64,000 bases of DNA from an uncultured beta proteobacterium (GCA_963849015.1 CAWKFK010000018.1:161232-225231); one strand, 5' to 3'. Positions 1-12,196 are shown, counted from the first letter of the stretch. The notes: generated by a model not told the origin, from the letters alone. A program made the numbers and translations.

Positions 1-389
1 ACGACGCCGGCGACCCGGTGGCAGTACAGGCGCAGGCCGGTGAAATCGAGGTAGCGGTTCTGCTCCAGGTCCATCTGCATGCCGTCGATGATTTCGTCGA
101 GACGCGCGCGGTCGATCGCGAAGCGCTGCAGATGGGGGGCGAGCGCCAGGCCGACCGGATGCTGGGGCGAGCCGGCGGCGATGCGCGCGGTCTCCGTTCG
201 CCACCAGTCGAGCTTGCTGCGCGCCACGCCGACGTCGCTGCAGTCGTCGACGACGTCGTCGACTTCGCGGCAGAACGCGTACAGCGCGGTGATCGCCCGA
301 CGCTGCAGGGGCGGCAGAAACAGGAAGCTGTAGTAGAAGCTCGACCCGCTGCGCGCGGCCTTGTCCTGGCAGTATTCGTCGGGGCTCAT
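1..389 (-). CDS. hpnD: Presqualene diphosphate synthase HpnD (N-terminal part; gene runs off the window edge)
   Basis: Manual minus-strand translation from ATG 389: MSPDEYCQDKAARSGSSFYYSFLFLPPLQRRAITALYAFCREVDDVVD, with the SSFYYSF start and Asp-rich motif typical of HpnD; directly downstream of hpnC. Confidence 0.9.
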   Translation of the reverse strand, partial: MSPDEYCQDKAARSGSSFYYSFLFLPPLQRRAITALYAFCREVDDVVDDCSDVGVARSKLDWWRTETARIAAGSPQHPVGLALAPHLQRFAIDRARLDEIIDGMQMDLEQNRYLDFTGLRLYCHRVAGV

Positions 390-419
390 CGCAGGGCGGT
401 GCTCATCGCAGGTCGGGGG

Positions 420-1262
420 TCATCGCAGAATCGTCGCCCGGATCAGCGGCAGCGCGTCCCGCCAGCCGAGCGTCGGCCGGCGTGCGATCGGGTCGTGCCC
501 GTCACGGGCCATCCGGGCAACGATGCGCATGCCGCCCGCGACGATCGCGCGCAGTTCCAGCCCGAGGCGCCACGGCACCCGACGGGACAGAGGCGCGCCG
601 GATTCTAGCAGCGCCCCTGCCGCGCGGCAGCGCGCTTCGAACACCGCGCGCAGGGCCGGGCCGGAGCGGCCGCTGGTCACCGCGTGGTCGAAGGCGCGCT
701 CGTCGACGCCGGCGTGCGCCAGCTGGTCGAGCGGAACGTAGAGACGACCGCGGCGCCAGTCGATCGCGGTGTCCTGCAGGAAGTTGATCAGCTGAAGCGC
801 GGTGCAGATGGCATCGGACGACGCTTCGTTGGCGGGAGTGCGGCAGCCGAACAGTTCCAGCATCAGGCGGCCGACCGGGTTCGCCGAGCGCGCGCAGTAG
901 TCGCGCAGGTCGGCCTCGTCGACGTAGCGCTGCCGGCGCACGTCCTGTTCGAAGGCCGACAGCAGGGCCGCGCACTCGGCCAGGGTCAGGCCGTGCCTGG
1001 TGATGTGAGGCAGCAGGGAATCCACCTGGGGGTGACCGCCCCGTCCGGCCAGCGCCTCGCGCATGCGCTCGAGCTCCTCGAGCCGGTCCGCCGCCGGGGC
1101 ATCGCCTTCGTCGGCGACGTCGTCGGCGTGGCGCGCGAAGCGGTACAGGGCGATCACCGCCGGGCGCAGTCGCGCCGGCACCAGCACCGACGCCACCGGG
1201 AAGTTTTCGTAGTGATCGACGCCGGTGACGGCGCGCGCCAGCGGTCCGCGGGTTGCGTTCAT
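420..1262 (-). CDS. hpnC: Squalene synthase family HpnC (hydroxysqualene synthase)
   Basis: 280-aa ORF with HYENFPVAS, YRFARHADDVADEG, YCARSANPVGRL and ALQLINFLQD motifs. Confidence 0.92.
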   Translation of the reverse strand: MNATRGPLARAVTGVDHYENFPVASVLVPARLRPAVIALYRFARHADDVADEGDAPAADRLEELERMREALAGRGGHPQVDSLLPHITRHGLTLAECAALLSAFEQDVRRQRYVDEADLRDYCARSANPVGRLMLELFGCRTPANEASSDAICTALQLINFLQDTAIDWRRGRLYVPLDQLAHAGVDERAFDHAVTSGRSGPALRAVFEARCRAAGALLESGAPLSRRVPWRLGLELRAIVAGGMRIVARMARDGHDPIARRPTLGWRDALPLIRATILR

Positions 1263-1268
1263 CGCGCG

Positions 1269-1274
1269 ATTGTA
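1269..1274 (-). promoter_or_regulatory. Putative sigma70 -10 box (TACAAT) 6 nt before the hpnC ATG; probably a leaderless transcript
   Basis: Minus strand reads TACAAT-CGCGCG-ATG, with no Shine-Dalgarno. Confidence 0.55.
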
Positions 1275-1335
1275 GGGATGCGGCGGCGGTGGGGCTGCGG
1301 TGGGGCTGGGATGGGGCTGCGCGCCTGTGCTTTAA

Positions 1336-1357
1336 TAACTAACTCGTCAGTCACTTA
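1336..1357. promoter_or_regulatory. Imperfect palindrome upstream of the RND operon, putative TetR-type operator
   Basis: TAACTAACT-CGTC-AGTCACTTA has 14 of 22 positions dyad-symmetric; it is an AT-rich patch right after TTTAAT (1331-1336) and just before the adaptor gene. Confidence 0.45.
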
Positions 1358-1370
1358 CTTCGGCATCTCG

Positions 1371-2483
1371 ATGCGCACCATGGCAAACCAGACGATCTCC
1401 TTGCCGCTGCTGGCCCTGGGCTGCGCCGTTGCGCTCCTGGCCGGCTGCTCGAAGGCGCCGCCGGCCAGGTCCGAGCCGGTGCGTCCGGTGCACACCGTGA
1501 TCGCGCAGCCCTGGGCCGGCGTGGCCCCGCTGGTGCTGCCGGGCGAGCTGCGTCCCCGGATCGAGACCCGCTACGGCTTCCGGGTCGGCGGCAAGCTCGC
1601 CGAGCGGCGGGTTTCCGTCGGCGACCGGGTGGCGGCCGGCACGGTGCTGGCGCGGCTCGATCCGCAGGACGTGCAGCCGGCTGTGATCGCGCAGACGGCG
1701 CAGGTCGAGGCCGCGCGCACCGAGTTCAAGCTCGCGCAGATCGAACTGGGGCGGCTGCGCGAGCTGCGCGACCGCAATTACGTGTCGCAGGCTCAGGTCG
1801 ATCGCCAGCAGGCCGGTGCCGACGCGGCGCAGGCCCGTCTCGACGCCGCCCAGGCGCAGCTGCGCCAGGCCAGCAACGCGGCCGAGTTCCAGACGCTGCG
1901 CGCGGACGTCGCCGGCGTCGTCACCGCGGTCGAGGCCGAGGTGGGGCAGGTTCTTGCCGCCGGCCAGGCGGTGGTGCGCGTTGCCGCCACCGCCGACAAG
2001 GAGGTGCTGGTCAACGTCCCGGAGCGCGACCTGGAGCGAGCGCGCAAGGTGCGCGGCTGGACCGTCGTGCTGCCGGGGCGGGCCGACGCGCCGCTCGAGG
2101 CAAGGCTGCGCGAGCTCGCGCCGCTGGCGGATCCGGCGTCGCGCACCTATGCGATGCGGCTCACGCTTCTGGGGGACACGACCGGCGCCGAGCTCGGGAT
2201 GAGCGCCACCGTGAAGCCGGCGGGCGTGCCGACCGACGACGCGGCGCCGGTCACCTTCGTGCTGCCGCTGGCGGCGCTGTACGCCAAGGACCGCCAGGCG
2301 CAAGTCTGGCTGGTCGACCCGAGCACGTCGACGGTACGCGCAGTGCCGGTGCGCACCGCCGGCTTCCTCGACGAGTCGGTGCGCGTCGTCGAGGGCATCA
2401 AGCCCGGCGACGTCGTCGTCACGGCGGGTGCGAACCTGCTGGTGCCCGGGCAGAAGGTGCGTCCGATCGAGGCGGCGCGATGA
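1371..2483 (+). CDS. RND efflux periplasmic adaptor (membrane fusion lipoprotein)
   Basis: Lipobox LLAGC, GFRVGGKL...VSVGDRVAAG lipoyl half, coiled-coil hairpin, DPASRTY motif, GDVVVTAGANLL C-terminus; start at 1371 or 1380. Confidence 0.88.
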   Translation: MRTMANQTISLPLLALGCAVALLAGCSKAPPARSEPVRPVHTVIAQPWAGVAPLVLPGELRPRIETRYGFRVGGKLAERRVSVGDRVAAGTVLARLDPQDVQPAVIAQTAQVEAARTEFKLAQIELGRLRELRDRNYVSQAQVDRQQAGADAAQARLDAAQAQLRQASNAAEFQTLRADVAGVVTAVEAEVGQVLAAGQAVVRVAATADKEVLVNVPERDLERARKVRGWTVVLPGRADAPLEARLRELAPLADPASRTYAMRLTLLGDTTGAELGMSATVKPAGVPTDDAAPVTFVLPLAALYAKDRQAQVWLVDPSTSTVRAVPVRTAGFLDESVRVVEGIKPGDVVVTAGANLLVPGQKVRPIEAAR

Positions 2484-5400
2484 GTTCCGGCAGGTTCAGC
2501 GGGTTCAACCTGTCGGCGCAGGCGATCGCCCGACCGCAGCTGACGCTGTTCTTCATCCTGGTGGTCGCGATCGCCGGCGTTCGGCGCCTTCTTCAAGCTC
2601 GGCCAGCGCGAGGACCCCGACTTCACCTTCCGTGCGCATGGTGATCCGGACGATGTGGCCCGGCGCCACCACCGAGCAGGTCGACCGGCAGGTCACCGAC
2701 CGGATCGAGAAGAAGCTGCAGGAGACGCCTTACTTCAAGTGGACCCGCAGCTACTCGAAGCCGGGCGAGTCGCTGATCGTGCTCGAGCTGCTCGACACCG
2801 CGCCGGCCAAGGAGGTGCCCGCAGATCTGGTACCAGGTGCGCAAGAAGGTCGGCGACATCCGCGCGACGCCTGCCGGCCGAGGTCGTCGGACCGTTCTTC
2901 AACGACGAGTTCGGCGACGTCTTCGGCACGATCTACGCGTTCACCGGCGACGGGTTCTCGCACGCGCGAGCTGCGCGATCTGGTCGAGGATGTCCGCCAG
3001 GAACTGCTGCGCCTGCCGAACGTGCAGAAGATCGAACTGATCGGCGTCGCAGGAACAGAAGATCTTCGTCGAGCTGTCGCCGCAGACGCTGGCGACCCTC
3101 GGCATCGACGCCCGCCCAGATCGCCGAGCCAGTTGCAGGCGCAGAACGTGGTGGCGCCCACCGGCACGGTGCAGGGCGAAAGCCGCGCCGTGCCGCTGCG
3201 GGTCACCGGGCAGTTCGACTCGGTGCGCGAGGTGCAGGAGCTGCGCCTGGCCGTGGGCGGGCGCAGCCTGCGCCTCGGCGACATCGCGCGCGTGTACGCG
3301 CGGCTACGCCGATCCTCCGGCTTCGACGATGCGTTTCAAGGGACGTCAGGCGATCGGGCTGGCGGTGTCGATGATGCCGCGCGGCGACGTGCTGCAGCTC
3401 GGGCGCGATCTCGAGGCGGAGATGGAGCGGCTGCGCGCCGACCTGCCGGTCGGCATCGAGTTCGCCAAGGTGTCGGACCAGCCGCGCATCGTGAAGAACG
3501 CGGTCGGCCTGTTCATGCGCTCGCTGCTCGAGGCGGTCGCGATCGTGCTGGCGGTCAGCTTCCTGAGCCTGGGCCTGCGCGCCGGCGCCGTGGTCGCGCT
3601 GACGATTCCGCTGGTGCTGGCCGGCACCTTTCTGGCGATGGCCTGGTTCGGCATCGACCTGCATCGCATCTCGACCGGGGCGCTCGATGATCGCGCTCGG
3701 GCTGCTGGTGGACGACGCGATGATCGCGGTCGAGATGATGGCCCGCAAGATCGAGGAGGGTCTCGACACGTTCGCCGCGGCCACCTTCGCCTACACGCAG
3801 CACGGCGTTCCCGATGCTGACCGGCACCCTGATCACCGCCGCCGGCTTCCTGCCGATCGCGACCGCCACGTTCGACCACCGGCGAGTACACCTTCGCGAT
3901 CTTCTGCGGTCGTCACGATCGCGCTGCTGGTGTCCTGGGTGGCGGCGGTGACCGTCACACCGTTCATCGGCAGCCGCCTGCTCGCAGCCGCACGCCGGCG
4001 TGCGGCACGAACTGTTCGATACGCGCTTCTACCGCGCGCTGCGCGCGACGATCGATGGCCTGCATGCGGCACCGCTGGCTGACGATGCTCGCGACCGTCG
4101 GCGGTGTTCGCGCTCGGCGTGGTCGGCATGCAGGCCACCGAGAAGCAGTTCTTCCCGTCGTCCAACCGCACCGAGATCCTGGTCGAGATGTGGCTGCCCG
4201 AAGGGGCGAGCTACGCGGCCACCGAGACGCGAGGCCAGGCGTTTCGAGGCCTTCCTCGACAAGGACCCGGACATCGAGACCTACGTCGGCTACGTCGGCA
4301 ACGGCTCGCCGCGCTATTACCTGTCGCTGGACCAGCAACTGTTCCGCGCGAACTTCGCGCAGTTCGTGATCCTGACCCGCGACGTCGCCGGGCGCGACCG
4401 GGCGGTGGTGCGCCTGCGCGAGATCCTCGAGCGCGAATTCGCCGGCGTGCGCGCGCGCGCCTTCCGCACGCCGCTCGGGCCGCCGGTCGCGTATCCGGTG
4501 CAGTTCCGCGTGATGGGGCCCGACCCGGCGGTGCTGAAGAGGATCGCAGACGAGGTTGCCGCGGTGGTGCGTGCCGACCGCCACACGATCGACGCTCACG
4601 CCGACTGGGGCGAACGCTCGCCGGCGGTGCGCATCGACGTCGACCAGGACAAGGCGCGGGCGATCGGCGTGACGTCCGCGCAGGTCGCGCGGGCGCTGGG
4701 CGCTGCCGTCTCCGGAGCGACGCTGGGCACCTATCGCGAGCGCGACCGGCTGATCGAAGTCGTGATCCGTGCGCCGCAGGGCGAGCGCACCAGCCTGGCC
4801 AACCTCGCCAACCTTCAGGTCCAGACCGCGCTCGGCCGCTCGGTGCCGCTGTCCCAGATCGCGACGATCCGCGACGAGATGGAAGAGCCGATCATCTGGC
4901 GCCGTTCGCGGGTGCCGACGCTGACCGTCCGCGCCGACATCGTCGAAGGCGTCCAGGCGCCGGACGTCGCGGTGGCGATCGATGCGCGCCTGGCGGCCGT
5001 TCGCGACCGCCTGCCGGCGGGCTACCGCATCGAGATCGGCGGCCCGTACGAGGAGAACGTCAAGGCGCAGAGCTCGATCGCCGCCGGCATGCCGATGGTG
5101 CTGGCGATCATCCTCGGGCTGCTGATGATCCAGCTGCAGCGCTTCTCGCTGACCACCATGGTGCTGGTGACCGCGCCGCTGGGGATCGTCGGGGTTGCCG
5201 CGGCGCTGCTCGCGTTCGGCAAGCCCTTCGGCTTCGTCGCGATGCTGGGCACGATCGCCCTGGGCGGCATGATCATGCGCAACACGGTGATCCTGGTCGA
5301 CCAGATCCGCCAGGACATCGGCGACGGCGTGCCGGTCTGGGAGGCGGTGCGCGAGTCGGCGGTCCGGCGGTTCCGGCCGATCTCGCTGACCGCGGCGGCG

Positions 5401-5553
5401 GCCGTGCTGGCGATGGTGCCGCTGTCCCGCGACGTGCTGTGGGGGCCGATGGCCTTCGCGATCATGGGTGGGCTGATCGTCGCCACGATCCTGACGATCC
5501 TGTTCGTGCCGGCGCTGTATGTCGCCTGGAACCGGATCCGGCCGGCGGGCTGA
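2480..5553 (+). CDS. RND efflux permease (AcrB/MexK/TriC-like), broken by several indels in the first 1.8 kb
   Basis: Pieces in alternating frames: FNLS.., KLGQREDPDFTF, WPGATTEQVDRQVTDRIEKKLQE, IALGLLVDDAMIAVE, RRFRPISLTAAAAVLAMVPL; ATGA overlap with the adaptor gene. Confidence 0.88.
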
Positions 5554-5650
5554 AGGCGCCCTGCGAACCGGATGTCGCCGACGCGGTGCGGGCCCGTCGC
5601 GGCCGGCGGAACCTGTGTCGCGCCCGCATGGATTACAATCGCCGGCTTTC

Positions 5651-5735
5651 GCGGCCGTGGCGGAATTGGTAGACGCACCAGGTTTAGGTCCTGGCGCTGC
5701 AAGGCGTGAAGGTTCGAGTCCTTTCGGCCGCACCA
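5651..5735 (+). tRNA. tRNA-Leu(TAG)
   Basis: 85 nt; acceptor GCGGCCG/CGGCCGC-ACCA, anticodon arm CCAGG-TTTAGGT-CCTGG, long variable arm, GGTTCGAGTCC T-loop; TACAAT at 5634-5639. Confidence 0.95.
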
Positions 5736-5826
5736 GCCGGGTCTGACGATCGCGCTGGAACGCAGCGTTCGTCCCGGTCTCCGCCCGCCGGTCCCGGCAT
5801 CCCTCGACAACGGATCTTTTAACACG

Positions 5827-7129
5827 ATGGCAACCCAACTCGAAACGCTCGGCCCCCTGCAACGACGCCTCTCGATCGGACTGACCCTGACGGACGTCGA
5901 ACAGGAAGTCGGCGCACGCCTGCGCAAGCTCGCCCGCACCGTCAAGATGCCCGGCTTCCGGCCCGGCAAGGTGCCGATGAAGATGATCGAGCAGTCGTAC
6001 GGTCCGCAGGTGCACTCCGAAGTGCTGGGCGATTCCGTCTCGAAGGCCTTTTCCGATGCCGTCGCCGAGCACCAGCTGCGCGTCGCCGGGCAGCCGCAGA
6101 TCGAGCCGCGCCAGGATTCGAGCGAAGGCCAGGTCGGCTTTCATGCGACATTCGAGGTCTATCCCGACATCGTGCTGGGCGACGCTGTCCTCGCTCGAGG
6201 TCGAGCGCGTGCAGTGCACGGTCGGCGACGCCGACGTCGACAAGACGATCGACATCCTGCGCAAGCAGCGCGTCACCTGGGAGCCGGTCGACCGCGCGGC
6301 CCAGGACGATGATCGCGTGACGATCGACTTCGTCGGCACGCTGGACGGGGTCGCCTTCGAAGGCGGCAGCGCCGAAGACTTCCAGTTCGAGCTGGCCGCC
6401 GGCCGCATGCTGCCGGACTTCGAGACCGGCGTGCGCGGTGCGAAGGCGGGCGACACGCGCGAGTTCCCGGTCGCGTTCCCGGCCGACTACGGCTCGGCGA
6501 ACCTGGCCGGCAAGACCGCGCAGTTCAAGGTCACGGTCAAAGCGGTCGAGCAGCCGCGCCTGCCGGAGGTCGATTCGAACTTCGCGATCCAGCTCGGCGT
6601 GGCCGACGGCGACCTCGCGAAGATGCGCGCCGACATCCGTGCCAACCTCGAGCGCGAGGTCGCGCAGCGCGTGCGCGCCCGCACCAAGGCTTCGGTGATG
6701 GAATCGCTGACGAAGCTCGCGAACATCGAGCTGCCGGCCGCGCTGGTCGAGGCGGAGGGCAGGGAGCTCACCGAGCGGGCGCTGAACGACCTGAAGCAGC
6801 GCGGCATGGACGTCAAGAACATCCCGATCCCGCCGGACGCGTTCAAGGAGCAGGCCGAGAAGCGCGTGCGCCTCGGACTGATCGTCGCCGAGATCGTCAA
6901 GACCTCCAACCTGCAGGCCAAGCCGGATCAGATCCGCAAGCAGATCGAGGAGTTCGCGCAGTCCTACGAAAACCCCGCCGAACTGATCCGCTATTACTTC
7001 AGCGACCGCAACCGGCTTGCCGAGGTCGAGGCCATCGTCGTCGAGCAGAACGTGGTCGACTGGGTACTGGCCGGGGCCAAGGTCACCGACAAGGCGCTGA
7101 GCTTCGACGAGCTGATGAGCGCGGGCTGA
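5827..7129 (+). CDS. tig: Trigger factor (one frameshift near 6190)
   Basis: GFRPGKVP ribosome-binding motif, FKBP domain DRVTIDFVGTLDGVAFEGG, C-terminal AEKRVRLGLI; canonical tig-clpP-clpX-lon order. Confidence 0.95.
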
Positions 7130-7197
7130 GCCAGCGCGGGCCGATCCAGCATCACCGCATCCGTCACCAGGCAACGCATTTCGAGCGGAGTTCGTTC

Positions 7198-7861
7198 ATG
7201 ACCTTCAACAGCATCGTCGAGGATCTCGTCAACGCCCACCTGTCGCAGCGGCAGGATCGCCCAGGGGCTCGGCATGGTGCCGATCGTGATCGAGCAGAGC
7301 GGCCGCGGCGAGCGCGCGTACGACATCTACTCGCGCCTGCTGCGCGAGCGTGTGATCTTCCTGGTCGGCCCGGTGATGGACCAGACGGCGAACCTGGTGG
7401 TCGCCCAGATGCTGTTCCTCGAGTCCGAGAATCCGGACAAGGACATCTCGTTCTACATCAACTCGCCCGGCGGCTCGGTGTCGGCGGGCCTGGCGATGTT
7501 CGACACGATGCAGTTCATCAAGCCCGACATCAGCACGCTGTGCATGGGCATCGCGGCCAGCATGGGGGCGTTCCTGCTGGCCGCCGGCGCCAAGGGCAAG
7601 CGTCATGCGCTGCCGAATTCGCGCATCATGATCCACCAGCCGTCGGGCGGCGCGCACGGGCAGGCATCCGACATCGAGATCCAGGCGCGCGAGATCCTGT
7701 ATCTGCGCGAGCGTCTGAACGGCATCCTGGCCGAGAAGACCGGGCAGCCGGTCGAGCGCATCGCCAAGGACACCGACCGCGACAACTTCATGTCCGCGGA
7801 AGATGCGGTAAGCTACGGCCTGATCGACAAGGTGCTGGCAAACCGCAGCGACGGCGCCTGA
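7198..7861 (+). CDS. clpP: ClpP protease subunit (propeptide region frameshifted; intact from 7274)
   Basis: [34 protein letters not shown] catalytic Ser, [13 protein letters not shown]. Confidence 0.96.
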
Positions 7862-7882
7862 CGCCACGCCGCCGGAGATCAC

Positions 7883-9150
<1,268 letters not shown>

Positions 9151-9253
9151 AGCCCGGTCCGCGGTGCGCGGATTCGCGGCGTCGCGCGGGCGCCAAAGCC
9201 CCTTTCAGCCCCGTCATTTCCGCCATTGACGCCGGTTGTTCCGGCGTATGCTT

Positions 9254-9281
9254 CTTGAATTCCGGGGGGTGATCCGCATCT
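9254..9281 (+). promoter_or_regulatory. Putative sigma32 (RpoH) promoter of lon
   Basis: CTTGAA-N14-CCGCATCT versus consensus CTTGAA-N13/14-CCCCATNT, 30 nt before the lon ATG. Confidence 0.7.
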
Positions 9282-9311
9282 ACCCCGGACGCATTCCTTG
9301 CGGAGATCCCG

Positions 9312-11724
9312 ATGTCCGAACTTTCCACGACCCCCCAGACACTGCCACTGCTGCCGTTGCGCGACGTGGTGGTGTTTCCGCATATGGTGATCCCGCTGTT
9401 CGTCGGCCGGCCCAAGTCGATCAAGGCGCTCGAGGCCGCGATGGAAGTCGGCAAGAGCATCATGCTCGTTGCGCAGAAGAACGCGTCCAAGGACGAACCC
9501 TCTGCGTCCGACATCTACGAGATCGGCTGCGTGTCGAACATCCTGCAGATGCTCAAGCTGCCCGACGGAACCGTGAAGGTCCTCGTCGAGGGCGCGCAGC
9601 GCGCGCGGATCAGCGAGATCCGCGACACCGACGACGCACTTCACCTGCGATCTGACCCCGATCGAAACCACCGGCGAAGGTTCGCCGGAGATCGAGGCGC
9701 TGCGCCGTGCCATCCTGGCGCAGTTCGACCAGTACGTGAAGCTGAACAAGAAGATCCCTCCCGAGATCCTCGCGTCGCTCAGCGGCATCGACGACGCCGG
9801 CCGGCTGGCCGACACCATCGCCGCGCACCTGCCGATCAAGATCGAGCAGAAGCAGGGCGTCCTCGAAATCACCAGCGTCGGCGAGCGTCTCGAGAAGCTG
9901 CTCACGCAGATCGAGACCGAGCTCGACATCCTGCAGGTCGAGAAGCGCATCCGCGGCCGCGTCAAGCGGCAGATGGAGAAGAGCCAGCGCGAGTACTACC
10001 TGAACGAGCAGGTCAAGGCGATCCAGAAGGAGCTCGGCGAAGGCGAGGAGGGCGCCGACCTCGAGGAACTCGAGAAGCGCATCGAGGCCGCGCGCATGCC
10101 CAAGGAGGCGCGCAAGAAGGCCGACAGCGAGCTCCGCAAGCTGAAGCTGATGTCGCCGATGTCGGCCGAGGCCACGGTCGTGCGCAACTACATCGACACG
10201 CTGGTCAATCTGCCGTGGCGCAAGAAGAGCAAGATCAACAACGACCTGGCGAACGCCGAGAAGGTCCTCGACGAGGACCACTACGGACTCGAGAAGGTCA
10301 AGGACCGCATCCTCGAGTACCTCGCGGTCCAGCAGCGCGTCGACAAGGTGAAGGCGCCGATCCTGTGCCTGGTCGGCCCCCCTGGAGTGGGCAAGACCTC
10401 GCTCGGCCAGTCGATCGCGCGCGCGACGAACCGCAAGTTCGTGCGCATGGCGGTGGGCGGTGTCCGCGACGAGGCCGAGATCCGCGGTCACCGGCGCACC
10501 TACATCGGGTCGATGCCGGGCAAGATCCTGCAGAACCTCACCAAAGTCGGCGTGCGCAATCCGCTCTATCTGCTCGACGAGGTCGACAAGATGGGCATGG
10601 ACTTCCGCGGCGATCCGGCGAGCGCGCTGCTCGAGGTGCTCGATCCCGAACAGAACAGCACGTTCACCGACCATTACGTCGAGGTCGAGTACGACCTGTC
10701 CGACGTGATGTTCGTCGCCACCGCCAACACGCTCAACATTCCGCCGGCGCTGCTCGACCGGATGGAAGTGATCCGGCTGTCGGGCTACACCGAGGACGAG
10801 AAGCTGAACATCGCGCAGCGCTACCTGCTGCCGAAGCAGCTGAAGGCCAACGGCCTGAAGCCCGACGAGCTGTCGGTTGCGGAGTCGGCGATCCGCGACA
10901 TCGTTCGCTACTACACGCGCGAGGCGGGTGTGCGCGCGCTCGAGCGCGAGATCAGCAAGATCTGCCGCAAGGTGGTCAAGACGCTGCTGCTGAAGAAGCA
11001 GGAGCGCAAGGTGGCCGTGACGGCGAAGAATCTCGACAAATTCCTCGGTGTGCGCCGCTTCAGCTTCGGCATGGCCGAGAAGGAGAATCAGGTCGGTCAG
11101 GTCACCGGCCTGGCGTGGACCGAGGTCGGCGGCGAACTTCTGACGATCGAGGCCGTGGCGGTGCCGGGCAAGGGCAAGACCACCTTCACCGGCAAGCTGG
11201 GCGACGTGATGCAGGAGTCGATCAAGGCCGCGATGACGGTGGTGCGCCGGCGCGGGCGCCGGCTCGGTGTCAGCCCCGACTTCCACGAGAAGTCCGACAT
11301 CCACATCCACGTGCCGGAAGGCGCGACGCCGAAGGACGGTCCGAGCGCCGGCATCGCGATGACGACCGCGCTGGTGTCGGTGCTGACCGACATTCCGGTG
11401 CGCGCCGATGTCGCGATGACCGGCGAGATCACGCTTCGTGGCGAGGTGCTCGCGATCGGCGGCCTCAAGGAGAAGCTGCTGGCCGCGCATCGCGGCGGAA
11501 TCAAGACGGTGCTGATTCCCGAGGAGAACGTGAAGGACCTGGCCGACATCCCGGACAACGTCAAGAACCGCCTCGAGATCGTGCCTGTCAAGTGGATCGA
11601 TCGCGTGCTGGAAGTGGCGCTCGAGCGCGCACCCGAGCCCCTGTCCGAGGTGGCGGCGGTCGCGTCGGGAACTGCTGTCGCGCCGGCACCGGACGCAGCC
11701 GCGGGCGACGTGGTCGCGCATTGA
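9312..11724 (+). CDS. lon: Lon protease (one frameshift near 9635)
   Basis: [14 protein letters not shown]-terminus, [24 protein letters not shown] catalytic Ser, IGGLKEK. Confidence 0.97.
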
Positions 11725-11738
11725 TCCAGAGCAGGGCC

Positions 11739-11784
11739 ATCGCCCGGAAAGCCGCTTGACACAAGGCTTTCCGGGCGATTTAAT
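11739..11784 (+). promoter_or_regulatory. 15-bp perfect inverted repeat after lon, overlapping a sigma70 promoter for hupB
   Basis: ATCGCCCGGAAAGCC (11739-11753) pairs with GGCTTTCCGGGCGAT (11765-11779); TTGACA at 11756-11761, 17-nt spacer, TTTAAT at 11779-11784. Confidence 0.7.
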
Positions 11785-11923
11785 GATGCGACAGGGTGGC
11801 GGTCGCACGCATCGCGTATCCCGGTGATCAAGTCAAATCTTCAGTGACGCGCGACAGTCTGCTGCACGACATTCAGCTCGATGCGTCCGATTCCAAAACG
11901 AATGCTCTTTTGAGGGGGTTCTA

Positions 11924-12196
11924 GTGAACAAAACCGATCTGATCGACCACATCGCCAAACAGGCGGATGTCTCCAAGGCCGCGGCCGGTCGCGCGCTGGA
12001 TGCGTTGGTGGGTGCGATCAAGACGACGTTGAAGAAGGGGGGCTCGGTGACACTGGTCGGCTTCGGAACCTTCGTTGTCGGCAAGCGCGCTGCACGCAGC
12101 GGTCGCAATCCGCGCACCGGAGCAACCATCAAGATCAAGGCCGCGAAAGTGCCGAAGTTCCGTCCGGGAAAAGGTCTGAAGGACGCGATCAACTGA
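11924..12196 (+). CDS. hupB: Histone-like DNA-binding protein HU
   Basis: 90 aa MNKTDLID...VTLVGFGTF...GRNPRTG...[14 protein letters not shown]; follows lon. Confidence 0.95.
   Translation: MNKTDLIDHIAKQADVSKAAAGRALDALVGAIKTTLKKGGSVTLVGFGTFVVGKRAARSGRNPRTGATIKIKAAKVPKFRPGKGLKDAIN

Noticed and set aside
9226-9252. TTGACG...TATGCT as a sigma70 promoter for lon
   Set aside because: The spacer is only 15 nt and the segment is a hairpin (ACGCCGG-TTGTT-CCGGCGT). The adjacent sigma32 match fits better.
9610-11808. Long antisense ORFs over lon, and likewise over clpX, tig, rpsB-tsf and ligA
   Set aside because: Expected stop-free antisense frames in GC-rich genes; they show no recognisable domains.
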